Below are positions 11,850 to 20,817 of a stretch of 53,063 nt of DNA, piece after piece. Both the position numbers and the translations under genes were made by a program. The notes beneath the pieces were generated by a model. The model made no database searches and had not been told where the DNA came from. It saw nothing but the letters and a program-made list of their open reading frames with translations. The number at the start of each line of letters is the position of its first letter. Position 1 is the stretch's first letter. Origin of the DNA: Candidatus Nanopelagicales bacterium (GTDB lineage Bacteria > Actinomycetota > Actinomycetes > S36-B12 > UBA5976). The stretch is taken from contig JBIISC010000005.1 of the NCBI GenBank assembly GCA_044341215.1, positions 1 to 53,063 of the forward strand, read 5' to 3'.

Positions 11850-13181
11850 ATGAAAATTAAGTATTCAGTGAGTAAAAGCGACAAATTCGACCAGATGCGC
11901 GCTGGCGCTGTTTATCAGATATTCCCAGACCGCTTTGCACGTGACGAATCTGTCACTGCAGATCGCGAGTTAGTCAATTGGGATTCTGCGCCAACTCCAC
12001 AAAACTTCTTTGGTGGCAACCTAAAAGGTATCACCAGCAGACTTGAATACATCGCCGATCTTGGGATTAAAAATATTTACTTCAATCCAATTTTCAGTGC
12101 CCACTCGAATCACCGCTATGACGCTCATGACTACATGAAGATTGACCCACTTCTCGGAACAGAACAAGACTTTCGTGATTTAGTTTCCAAAGCAAAGTCA
12201 CTCGGCATGGGAGTGATCATCGATGGAGTTTTCAATCACGTGGGAGACCACTACCCAGATTTCGTAGCTGCGATGCATGGAGACAAGAAAAAAGCCGAAC
12301 AGTTCTTTATCTATCCAGATGGCTCATACCAAACATTTGGCAGCGCACAGTCTTTGCCAAAGCTAAATCTTGAAAACAAACACGTCTTAAAGCACATCGC
12401 AAAGGTGATGGAGCATTGGGACAAGTTTGGGATTGCTGGTTGGCGTTTCGATGTGCCTTATAAAGTGGATAACTCAGTTTGGAAGAAACTTCGCAAGCTC
12501 ACTAAACATGTTCCATCAGCACAATTCATTGTTGCTGAAGCCTGGACTGACTGGACTTTTGCCGAGCATTTCGAGTCTGTGCAAAACTATAAAACCGGAA
12601 ATCGAATCCTTGATTACACAGTTCACATGCGCTGTGACTCCGAAGACTTTATTCTTGATGTGACTCGCTATGCCGAGGCTTGGAAAGATGGAAGCTTGCT
12701 CTGGAACTTCATTGACAGCCATGACACCACTCGCTACTTAACCCAATGCAAACATGATTACGAGGCTTTCTTAATTGGCTTCGCCTTAAACATCTTGATG
12801 CCAGGAATTCCAATAATCTATTACGGAACAGAACTTGCAACGCCAGGGGAGAATGATCCAGGTTGCCGCACTTCGTTTCCTAAGGAACTAAATCATGAGC
12901 AATCCATAACTCACTCATTTACCCGAGATTGGATTCGGATGCGTCAGATTCCAGCCTTGAGCCATGGAAACCTTGAAGTACAAGAGTTAAAGAATCATGC
13001 AATGGTTTTCACTCGCAAACAGGGCAAGTCCAAAATTGAAGTTTTGGTCAACACCGGCCATCGCGAAGAGCTATTAAAAGTTGACATCAATGGGAGTTGG
13101 AAAACCGTTCGCCATGAAGATTTTGAGATTTCAGGAAACCGCGTTCCACAGCGAATCCTGCTTTACCGAGTCTCAGACTAG
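11850..13181 (+). CDS. GH13 alpha-amylase family glycosidase (neopullulanase/cyclomaltodextrinase-like)
   Basis: YQIFPDRF, GGNLKGI, HRYD and DGVFNH motifs, plus catalytic WRFDV, AEAW and SHD. Confidence 0.9.
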   Translation: MKIKYSVSKSDKFDQMRAGAVYQIFPDRFARDESVTADRELVNWDSAPTPQNFFGGNLKGITSRLEYIADLGIKNIYFNPIFSAHSNHRYDAHDYMKIDPLLGTEQDFRDLVSKAKSLGMGVIIDGVFNHVGDHYPDFVAAMHGDKKKAEQFFIYPDGSYQTFGSAQSLPKLNLENKHVLKHIAKVMEHWDKFGIAGWRFDVPYKVDNSVWKKLRKLTKHVPSAQFIVAEAWTDWTFAEHFESVQNYKTGNRILDYTVHMRCDSEDFILDVTRYAEAWKDGSLLWNFIDSHDTTRYLTQCKHDYEAFLIGFALNILMPGIPIIYYGTELATPGENDPGCRTSFPKELNHEQSITHSFTRDWIRMRQIPALSHGNLEVQELKNHAMVFTRKQGKSKIEVLVNTGHREELLKVDINGSWKTVRHEDFEISGNRVPQRILLYRVSD

Positions 13182-13196
13182 TTGTAAAATTAAAAG

Positions 13197-14357
13197 ATGA
13201 CCCAGCGAGTGCTACCCCCTGAAGTGGAAAACAAGCTACGTCAAAGTTCGAAGTCAGTTGCTCAAGTGATTCGAACTACTCGGGGGCTTTCTTTTAGCCG
13301 CTTACCAGCTTGGACTTATGAACAGTTCCAACCAAACTCAAGCATTGCAAAAATGGCAGAGCGACTTTCTGGCGCTAGGTTTGAAATTGAAACTACTGCA
13401 ACTGAAATCTCGTTTCAGTATCGTTCCCTTCGAGATAGCGCACCCGCGTTTAATTGGATCGCTGGTCCATCAACTATTTCGCTGACTACGGACGGCTATG
13501 AAGAAAGCATTTCACATTCGAATGGAGACTTAAGAATCTGGAATGGTGATCAAGTTCAGGAAATCGTTAAAGGAGAAGACTCAATTGCTAGTTTCACTTT
13601 GCCAAAAACTTCCACGCCGCGCATTGTTCAAATCTGGCTTCCACAAAATTGCCCAATTGAAGTTATAGATCTCAAAGCCAATGCCGAATGGATTCCAGCT
13701 CCGGTTTCGAATAAGCCAAAGTGGGTGCACTACGGAAGTTCTATTAGCCATTGCGAAGATGCTGCATCACCAATCGGAGTTTGGCCGGTTGCAGTAGCAA
13801 GACAACTTGGTCTTGATGTTTATAACTTAGGTTTGAGTGGGTGTGCAAATCTGGAACAGTTTGCCGCTAGGACTATTCGTGATTTACCGGCAGATCTAGT
13901 TAGCCTCAAAGTTGGCATCAACATTGTCAATGGCGCAAACCACACTGCCACAACTTTCGCACCTGCAGTTCACGGTTTCTTAGACACAATTCGCGACGGC
14001 CATCCAACCGCGAAAATCCTTGTGATTTCACCAATATGTTGCCCTGCACACGAAAACAATCCTGGCCCTTCTTCAACCAATGCAGATGGAATGATTCAAG
14101 GACAGGAGTTCAGCAAGGACCATGCCTGGATTGGCGAGCTCACATTGAGTTCAATTCGCACAATCTTGAGTGAAATCGTCAGAAAACGTTTTGAATCCGA
14201 TCCAAACATCTTTTATCTTGACGGATTAAAACTATTCAATGAAGTCGAAGCCCAAAGCCTTCCCGATGGAATTCACCCGGACGCTGACGGCTATTTGAAA
14301 ATTGCTGAAAATTTCGTTGCAAACTATCCAAGAGATTGGATTGCAACAAAACTATAA
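13197..14357 (+). CDS. SGNH/GDSL hydrolase
   Basis: Blocks YGSSISH, NLGLSG, VGIN and DGIHP. Confidence 0.85.
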   Translation: MTQRVLPPEVENKLRQSSKSVAQVIRTTRGLSFSRLPAWTYEQFQPNSSIAKMAERLSGARFEIETTATEISFQYRSLRDSAPAFNWIAGPSTISLTTDGYEESISHSNGDLRIWNGDQVQEIVKGEDSIASFTLPKTSTPRIVQIWLPQNCPIEVIDLKANAEWIPAPVSNKPKWVHYGSSISHCEDAASPIGVWPVAVARQLGLDVYNLGLSGCANLEQFAARTIRDLPADLVSLKVGINIVNGANHTATTFAPAVHGFLDTIRDGHPTAKILVISPICCPAHENNPGPSSTNADGMIQGQEFSKDHAWIGELTLSSIRTILSEIVRKRFESDPNIFYLDGLKLFNEVEAQSLPDGIHPDADGYLKIAENFVANYPRDWIATKL

Positions 14358-14437
14358 GAGTTCGAATAATAAACTGATAGTTAAATAGTTTAAAGATTAA
14401 CGAGTAATGTTAAATAAATTGCTCTATGAAAAACTTT

Positions 14438-15415
14438 TTAGTAGCTTGTAAGTTCGGTTGCAGCGTGCACAATCTTGTCCACGGAAGGCAACCAAGCGTT
14501 TTCGAGGTTTGCTGCGTATGGAACTGGAGTACTTGGAGAACTAATAAGTCTTGGTGGTGCATCGAATAGAGACCAAGAATCACTCATAGTTCGAGCAATT
14601 AGGTCAGAACCCCAAGAACCTCCTGCAGGTCCTTCTTGAACGACAAGTAGCCGGCTGGTTTTGGACAAACTTTCTCTGATAGTTGCATCGTCGAAGGGAA
14701 CTAATGTGCGTGGGTCGATCACTTCAACTGATATACCGCGAGAGTTCAAGATTTCGGCAGCTTCCACCGCACGATGACGCATTAGTTGGGTGGCAACAAT
14801 TGTGAGGTCGGTTCCGCGAGTTACAACCTGTGCAACTCCTAGAGGGATGCGTTCGTTTGAGATATCGCCTTTAACGTTGAACAAGCCTTTATGTTCAAAA
14901 ACTAGCACTGGATTGTCGTCCACAATTGCTGAGCGCAATAAACCATACATATCGTTTGGGGTTGCAGGTGTGACAATTTTTAGACCCGGAATATTTAGAA
15001 ACCAATTCTCAGCACTTTGGGAATGTTGGGCCGCAAAGCCACCACCAACACCGTTAGCAAGTCGGACTGTCACTGGAAGTTTGTATTGACCAGCAGACAT
15101 GTAGCGATACTTTGCAAGTTGGTTTGCAATCTGATCGAATGTCACACCAGCAAAGTCTGCAAACATTAATTCTGCGATTGGACGAAGACCTTGGATAGAA
15201 CTACCGATTGCAGCGCCGATAATTGCTTGTTCTGAAATAGGAGTATCTAGAACTCGCTGAGGACCAAATTCGTCAAACAATCCAAGCGATGTTTTGAAAA
15301 CTCCACCAGCGGCACCAACATCTTCACCAAGCAAGATGATGTTTGGGTCAAGACGCATTTCGGCGGCGATGGCGGCTGGAATGGACTTTCGAAAATTCAT
15401 CTGTTCTTCGGCCAT
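14438..15415 (-). CDS. ThDP-dependent dehydrogenase E1 beta subunit (acetoin/pyruvate dehydrogenase-like)
   Basis: GEDVG, DTPISEQ, ELMFADF, AQHSQ, FEHK and VIDPRTLVP motifs. Start placed at ATG 15415 just after the alpha-subunit stop. Confidence 0.9.
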   Translation of the reverse strand: MAEEQMNFRKSIPAAIAAEMRLDPNIILLGEDVGAAGGVFKTSLGLFDEFGPQRVLDTPISEQAIIGAAIGSSIQGLRPIAELMFADFAGVTFDQIANQLAKYRYMSAGQYKLPVTVRLANGVGGGFAAQHSQSAENWFLNIPGLKIVTPATPNDMYGLLRSAIVDDNPVLVFEHKGLFNVKGDISNERIPLGVAQVVTRGTDLTIVATQLMRHRAVEAAEILNSRGISVEVIDPRTLVPFDDATIRESLSKTSRLLVVQEGPAGGSWGSDLIARTMSDSWSLFDAPPRLISSPSTPVPYAANLENAWLPSVDKIVHAATELTSY

Positions 15416-15417
15416 GA

Positions 15418-16431
15418 TTAATCCATCACATCCGTGTAAAGCTCTGATAAATCTGGTTCTGGCCAAGACACTGCTCGATTTTTTGCTTCACTAACTTCAA
15501 TGCGAGCATTTTCTTTGATACGTTCAATTGTTTGTGCACCGTCAGGATTGAATTCTTTTATTGCGTTTTCGAGTAGCAGAATTGGGTCTCGTTTCATCCA
15601 CTCATCAAGTTCGCCTTCTGGCCGGTATGCAGCGAGGTCTGCTCGAGAATGTCCTGAGTGACGGTAGGTGACTGCTTCAATAAGAGTGGGTCCGTCACCG
15701 CGACGTGCACGATCAGCAGCATCGGCGACGATAGCGCTCATTGACACTACGTCATTTCCATCAACTTGAACACCATACATCGCATAGCCAAGTGCGCGAT
15801 CAACAATCTTCTCACCGCTGGTGGTGGACTTGACGGGACTGTATTCGCCATACTGATTATTTTCGACAACGAAAATAACAGGTAGTTTCCACAAGGATGC
15901 AAGATTCAACGATTCATGGAATGCACCGATATTTGTTGCGCCATCACCAAAAAAACAAACCGAAACTTTTCCGGTTCCTAAGAACTTAGCTGCAAGTGCC
16001 GCGCCATTAGCAATCGGAAGATGTCCACCGACAATTGCATTAGAACCCAATGCACCGATGCTTGCATCAGTGAAATGCATCGAGCCACCTTTGCCATTAC
16101 ATAGTCCGCCAGCGCGACCTAGTAGTTCGGCAAAACATGCATCGATTTGTGCACCTTTGGCGATAGTCGCACCGTGACTTCGATATGTGCAGGTCATTGT
16201 GTCATCTGAGCGAAGAGCACTTATTGCACCAACTGAAACAGCTTCTTGTCCTTGATAAAGATGGGTACTGCCTCGAACGAGTCCAGCTAAATATAGATCT
16301 TGAACTTCGTCTTCAAAGAATCGAATTTCATACATTTTTTTCAAGACATTTTCGAAGTCGTTTGGCAATTGCTGCTTCAACGTAGGTACTTCGCGAGATT
16401 CCCATGCGACGTATGGGTGTGTGATATTCAT
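15418..16431 (-). CDS. ThDP-dependent dehydrogenase E1 alpha subunit
   Basis: HLYQGQEA, YRSH, GKGGSMH, ThDP motif GDGATN...ENN, and YRHSGHS. Confidence 0.9.
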   Translation of the reverse strand: MNITHPYVAWESREVPTLKQQLPNDFENVLKKMYEIRFFEDEVQDLYLAGLVRGSTHLYQGQEAVSVGAISALRSDDTMTCTYRSHGATIAKGAQIDACFAELLGRAGGLCNGKGGSMHFTDASIGALGSNAIVGGHLPIANGAALAAKFLGTGKVSVCFFGDGATNIGAFHESLNLASLWKLPVIFVVENNQYGEYSPVKSTTSGEKIVDRALGYAMYGVQVDGNDVVSMSAIVADAADRARRGDGPTLIEAVTYRHSGHSRADLAAYRPEGELDEWMKRDPILLLENAIKEFNPDGAQTIERIKENARIEVSEAKNRAVSWPEPDLSELYTDVMD

Positions 16432-16437
16432 GATGCC

Positions 16438-17541
16438 CTATTGAACTCTATATTGCTTAATGAAATCTTCATTGAGTTGCCAACCAAGGCCTGGATTCTC
16501 ACTTAGCTGTATGTGACCGTCAACTAGAGCTGGCCTGTTGGCAATGAGGTTCCACCAAACTGGATCTCGGTCTGGGTGGAAACACTCAGCGTAAGTTCCA
16601 TGAGATTGGCTAGCAATTAGGTGGCTAGAAACTTGAGGTTCTTCGTGATGTGCCATTTGCACTTCAAAGGTTTTGGCCATTGCAGCGACCCGCAGCCATG
16701 CAGTCGGTCCTCCTGACCAAGATGCGTCGAAGTTGCACACGTCAACTGAGTTTGCTTCAAATAAATCTCGGCAACCACCTGGGCTAAATTCTGATTGGCC
16801 GGCACAAATTGGGATGGAAGAAGAATTTCGGACGCGGGCCATTGACTTTCGATCGTTCTGCCACTGCACTGGTTCTTCAAACCAACGAAGATTTAATTCT
16901 TTGGTCAGTCCAGCAAATTCCACTGCATCTTGTACTGACCAACCTTGATTGGCATCAACTGCAATTGCGAAATCATCACCGGCCGCTTCGCGTGCTATTC
17001 GCACTCTTTGTGCATCATCAGCGGGTGATTTACCGCCGACTTTAAATTTAATTCCTGCAACTCCCATTTGCTTATATTCTGCAATTTCATCCGCAATTTT
17101 TTCGTTAGGGGTGTGGTAGTAACCACCGATTACGATCATTGGAATCTTTGAGCGATATCCACCCCATAGTCTCCAAAGTGGCTCGCCAAGATATTTCCCG
17201 TACAGATCCCATAGTGCAGCATCGACCCCGGCAAGGGCTACCAATCCGATTCGACGGTCCCGCAAGATGTTGAATGTGGCTGGGTAGGAGGTTTCCCAGC
17301 AGGCATTGATGTTTCGAGGATCCTTGCCGATCAGTCCTGGTTCGATTTCTTGGTGGACGACCTGCTCGATTTCCCCCAGAGATTTATCTTCGTCACCCGC
17401 GTAGGCCTCGCCAACAAGACCATCATCGGTATGAATGCGGGTGATAACGGTTGCTCGGTGGGTCATGCGGTAATAGCTGCCCCGGTACTCACGAGCCAGT
17501 GGCGCTATCAGCGGGACGGTCTCAATGCGGACGATTTTCAT
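16438..17541 (-). CDS. Enolase-superfamily enzyme, mandelate racemase subgroup (probable acid-sugar dehydratase/racemase)
   Basis: DAALWDL, KFK, VDANQGW, WFEEP, AGQSE, NFD, AHH and PGLG motifs. Confidence 0.88.
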   Translation of the reverse strand: MKIVRIETVPLIAPLAREYRGSYYRMTHRATVITRIHTDDGLVGEAYAGDEDKSLGEIEQVVHQEIEPGLIGKDPRNINACWETSYPATFNILRDRRIGLVALAGVDAALWDLYGKYLGEPLWRLWGGYRSKIPMIVIGGYYHTPNEKIADEIAEYKQMGVAGIKFKVGGKSPADDAQRVRIAREAAGDDFAIAVDANQGWSVQDAVEFAGLTKELNLRWFEEPVQWQNDRKSMARVRNSSSIPICAGQSEFSPGGCRDLFEANSVDVCNFDASWSGGPTAWLRVAAMAKTFEVQMAHHEEPQVSSHLIASQSHGTYAECFHPDRDPVWWNLIANRPALVDGHIQLSENPGLGWQLNEDFIKQYRVQ

Positions 17542-17560
17542 TGTCTCAACCTTCTCTCGC

Positions 17561-17574
17561 TGGAAACGTTTCTA
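17561..17574. promoter_or_regulatory. LacI-type operator O1 (TGGAAACGTTTCTA)
   Basis: Near-perfect 14-bp CG-centred palindrome at the predicted transcription start of the leftward operon. Recurs at 17683 and 26127. Confidence 0.75.
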
Positions 17575-17580
17575 TGAGTA

Positions 17581-17609
17581 AGGATAGACTTCCTTGAAGC
17601 GCTGGTCAA
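17581..17609 (-). promoter_or_regulatory. Sigma70-type promoter for the leftward enolase-E1 operon
   Basis: Minus strand TTGACC (17609-17604), 17-bp spacer, TATCCT (17586-17581). Confidence 0.7.
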
Positions 17610-17682
17610 GAGAAAATCAAGAGAAGAAATGTGCTTGAGATACTTGACAGGAGGAGATTTCAAGGACGAGAGTTAGCCTTAC

Positions 17683-17696
17683 TGGAAACCATTCCA
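17683..17696. promoter_or_regulatory. LacI-type operator O2 (TGGAAACCATTCCA)
   Basis: Variant of the same palindrome just downstream of TAGCCT and upstream of the ABC binding-protein gene. An extra half-site ATTCCA follows. Confidence 0.65.
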
Positions 17697-17745
17697 GAAT
17701 GATTCCAAACTCGGCAGAAGCGCCGTGGGAGGGGAGCCCGGATAA

Positions 17746-19053
17746 ATGAAGCGAATTCTCGCGATTGCCACAGCTGCATTACTCACCATGGTTGCAGTTG
17801 CTGGTTGTAGTTCAAGTGATGAGGCCAGTAAGCCAGTCAAACTGGTGATGTGGTGGTGGGGCGATCAAGAAGCGCCTGGAGCTAAAGATTGGTTGGATGC
17901 AACAGTTAAAGCATATGAAGATGCAAATCCAAATGTCACCATTGAAACTGTCTTACAAACAACAGATGGTTTAATTCCTGCATTCCAGGCAGCAGCAGCT
18001 GCTAAAAGTGGTCCTGATCTTCAGTACTTCTGGGGCGGAATTTATTCACAGCAACCTGGCTGGGATGGCGCTATCACGCCAATTTCAGATTTGATTCCTG
18101 CTGAAGAGTTGAGCCATTACATCAACGCTGATGTTGAGTTGTCTTATCAAGGAAAAGTTTGGACAGCTCCTTGGTATGTAAACCCTTCATTCCCATTGCT
18201 AGTTCGTAATGACATCTTGTCGAAGTACAACCTAGAAACTCCAGTTACATGGGACGATTTCCTAAACACATGTGATGTTTTGAGTGCTAAAGGTGTTACC
18301 ACTATTGCTGGTGGCGTTAAAGATGGTTGGTTCGGTGGTTGGTTGTATTCAATCCTCGGAGCACAATCTCTAACTTCTCAAAAAGATGTAATCGAAGCAG
18401 TTATCGGCAATCAAAAGTTCACTGATGCAAAACATGCTGACTGGTGGACACGTTTGCAAGAATCTAAGGATCACAATTGCTGGAACGATGACATTAACTC
18501 ACTAGAGCTTTACCAAGCTCAGCAACGTTGGGTTGATGGCAAATCAGCAATGACAGTCGTCGCAGGACCAGATGCACCGAACTTTGTTGGAAAAGTTGGC
18601 GCTGACAAGGTCACTGTTATGGCAATGCCAAAGTGGGCAGATGGGCCGAATGCAGGCAAAATGGGAAGTACATCCCAGACAATTGGTGTTACTTCTTGGA
18701 GTAAGAATCAAGCCGAAGCTGCTAAGTTCATCATGTTTACACACGAAGCTGCTCAATTGCAGTCTTGGTATGACATGACTGGTGCTATGCCAGCTGACGA
18801 TCGATTCGATATTTCTGCAGTGACTGATCCGGTTCGTAAGAACCTCTTCACAATCACCATGAATGGAGCTCCATACTTGGAAAACTTCATTCCAGCTCAA
18901 CTTGATTCAGATGCCGTATTTACAAACGTGCAGTTAGTTCTTAAGGGCACAATTACTGGCCCAGAAGCAGCAGCTGCAATGCAGGCAACAATTGAGAAGC
19001 TAAGAAAAACTGATCGCGCCCTGGTGGATAATTTCACCAATTGGGGTAAGTGA
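17746..19053 (+). CDS. Carbohydrate ABC transporter substrate-binding lipoprotein (CUT1 type)
   Basis: Lipobox VAGC, YEDANPNVTIE, SBP family 1 layout, GGAGGGGAG RBS. Confidence 0.9.
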   Translation: MKRILAIATAALLTMVAVAGCSSSDEASKPVKLVMWWWGDQEAPGAKDWLDATVKAYEDANPNVTIETVLQTTDGLIPAFQAAAAAKSGPDLQYFWGGIYSQQPGWDGAITPISDLIPAEELSHYINADVELSYQGKVWTAPWYVNPSFPLLVRNDILSKYNLETPVTWDDFLNTCDVLSAKGVTTIAGGVKDGWFGGWLYSILGAQSLTSQKDVIEAVIGNQKFTDAKHADWWTRLQESKDHNCWNDDINSLELYQAQQRWVDGKSAMTVVAGPDAPNFVGKVGADKVTVMAMPKWADGPNAGKMGSTSQTIGVTSWSKNQAEAAKFIMFTHEAAQLQSWYDMTGAMPADDRFDISAVTDPVRKNLFTITMNGAPYLENFIPAQLDSDAVFTNVQLVLKGTITGPEAAAAMQATIEKLRKTDRALVDNFTNWGK

Positions 19054-19078
19054 TCTAAGTGATTAGTGCGAGTGCGTT

Positions 19079-19981
19079 GTGGCAGTAAATGAGCTTTCGC
19101 TCATGAAGCGTCGCCGCGCACTCGCACTAGGTCACCTCCCGTGGGTGTTACCTGCAGCCGTTGTCATTGTATTTGTTTTCGGTTATTCGGTTTTTGCACT
19201 ATTTGAGCAATCGTTTAAATATAAAGATCAGTGGGTTGGATTTGAAAACTTCGACCTAGTTTTAGGTGATTCACTTTTTCGAACTGCCATCTGGCACAAC
19301 ACATTACTTTTAGCGGCGGTGCCAGTACTTGTCGCACTTGGCACAGCATTAGCTCTAGCACTTTTCGAAGTTCGCAACTTTGTGGGACTTTATAGAACCG
19401 CAATTTTCCTTCCCTATATTTTGCCAATTCCAGTTGTTGGCGTTGTCTTTGGTCAGCTACTTCAATTCAACGGCGCACTGAACTCAGCACTTCGTGCGCT
19501 CAATCTTCCGGGATTCGCACTTGATTGGTTGGGTGACCCACAGTTGTCACTTCCAACAATGGGTGCAATCATTATTTGGAAAGAAGTGGGATTCGGCGCA
19601 ATATTGATTTTGGCACGTTTAATGTCTCTTCCATATGAACTTTTCGAAGCTGCACGCATTGATGGTTGCAATTTTTGGCAGATGACCCGTCGAGTGACAA
19701 TTCCGCAGCTAAAAACTGTGCTTGTTTTCTACTTCATTAACGAAGCCATCGTGATGGTTTCCTGGGTTTTCAACTATGTCTACGTGATGACAAATGGCCA
19801 AGGTGGGCCAGGCGACTCAACGTTTGTTTCAGAGCTTTATATCTACCGAGAAGCATTCCAAAACCAAGCCCCTGAACTAGCAGCAGCAGCCGCAGTTATG
19901 TTGCTGGTTGCTACATCAGTATTTATCGTTGGACTATTTACGATGCAGCGGAAAATGAGCAAGGGAATGTTTAATGACTGA
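19079..19981 (+). CDS. Carbohydrate ABC permease (MalF-like)
   Basis: WVGFENF, WLGDP and EAARIDG loop. Start uncertain. Confidence 0.9.
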   Translation: MAVNELSLMKRRRALALGHLPWVLPAAVVIVFVFGYSVFALFEQSFKYKDQWVGFENFDLVLGDSLFRTAIWHNTLLLAAVPVLVALGTALALALFEVRNFVGLYRTAIFLPYILPIPVVGVVFGQLLQFNGALNSALRALNLPGFALDWLGDPQLSLPTMGAIIIWKEVGFGAILILARLMSLPYELFEAARIDGCNFWQMTRRVTIPQLKTVLVFYFINEAIVMVSWVFNYVYVMTNGQGGPGDSTFVSELYIYREAFQNQAPELAAAAAVMLLVATSVFIVGLFTMQRKMSKGMFND

Positions 19982-20813
19982 CAAACCAGCTCAAGATCGT
20001 TCTATTGCTATCTCGAGTCAATTGATATTGACCCTTGGGGCTGCAATGGCTTTAGCACCCGGTTACTTGATGATTACAGGTTCGCTGAAAACTCAAGCTG
20101 ATTTTCTAGCAAGTCCATGGTCACTTCCTACAAATATTTCTTTTGCGGGATATCAAAATGCCCTTACTGATCAATTTCCGCGTTGGTTTTTAAACACAAT
20201 TATTGTTGCCGGATTATCGGTTGCTCTAACAGGTTTACTTGCAGCAACTGCAGCCTGGGGATTTGTGAATTGGAAGTGGCGCGGTCGCGAAACTATTCTG
20301 GGACTATTGGTTTCGCTAATGGTTGTGCCACCAGTTGTTTTGCTAATTCCGTTATTTCAACTTGGTGCAAAAATCGGATTGATTTCCACCTATCAATTGT
20401 TGATTGCAGTTTATGTTGGTCTGACTTTGCCGTTTTCAATCTATCTACTTGCTAATTTCTTTAGAACGATTCCAGTAAGTCTGCTTGAAGCCGCACAAAT
20501 AGATGGGGCATCGCCACTTCGATCTTTCGTATCGGTAGTTCTGCCGCTATCAGGTCCACCAATAATTACCGTGGTGGTAGTTAACTTGCTCTGGGCATGG
20601 AATGAATTGTTACTGGCTCTGGTCTTTATGCAACAAGATGATTTAAAAACTTTAATGATCGGAATAACTGGATTCCAAAGTCGTTATTCGCTTGATATCC
20701 CAACTGTGATGGCCGGACTTACGATTGCTACAACGCCGTTGGTGCTGGTTTACATTTTTGGTCAGCGCTACTTTATGGCTGGCCTAACTGCCGGCGCTGT
20801 TAAAGGAGAATGA
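19974..20813 (+). CDS. Carbohydrate ABC permease (MalG-like)
   Basis: EAAQIDGA, WNE and QRYFMAGLTAGAVKG motifs. Confidence 0.9.
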   Translation: MTDKPAQDRSIAISSQLILTLGAAMALAPGYLMITGSLKTQADFLASPWSLPTNISFAGYQNALTDQFPRWFLNTIIVAGLSVALTGLLAATAAWGFVNWKWRGRETILGLLVSLMVVPPVVLLIPLFQLGAKIGLISTYQLLIAVYVGLTLPFSIYLLANFFRTIPVSLLEAAQIDGASPLRSFVSVVLPLSGPPIITVVVVNLLWAWNELLLALVFMQQDDLKTLMIGITGFQSRYSLDIPTVMAGLTIATTPLVLVYIFGQRYFMAGLTAGAVKGE

Positions 20814-20817
20814 GATA

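Noticed and set aside
14438-16431. Calling these pdhA/pdhB or acoA/acoB
   Set aside because: No E2/E3 nearby and the substrate cannot be inferred, so gene symbols were withheld.
17644-17679. TTGACA as the -35 of the ABC operon promoter
   Set aside because: It is 24 bp from the best -10 (TAGCCT), too far for a canonical sigma70 promoter.
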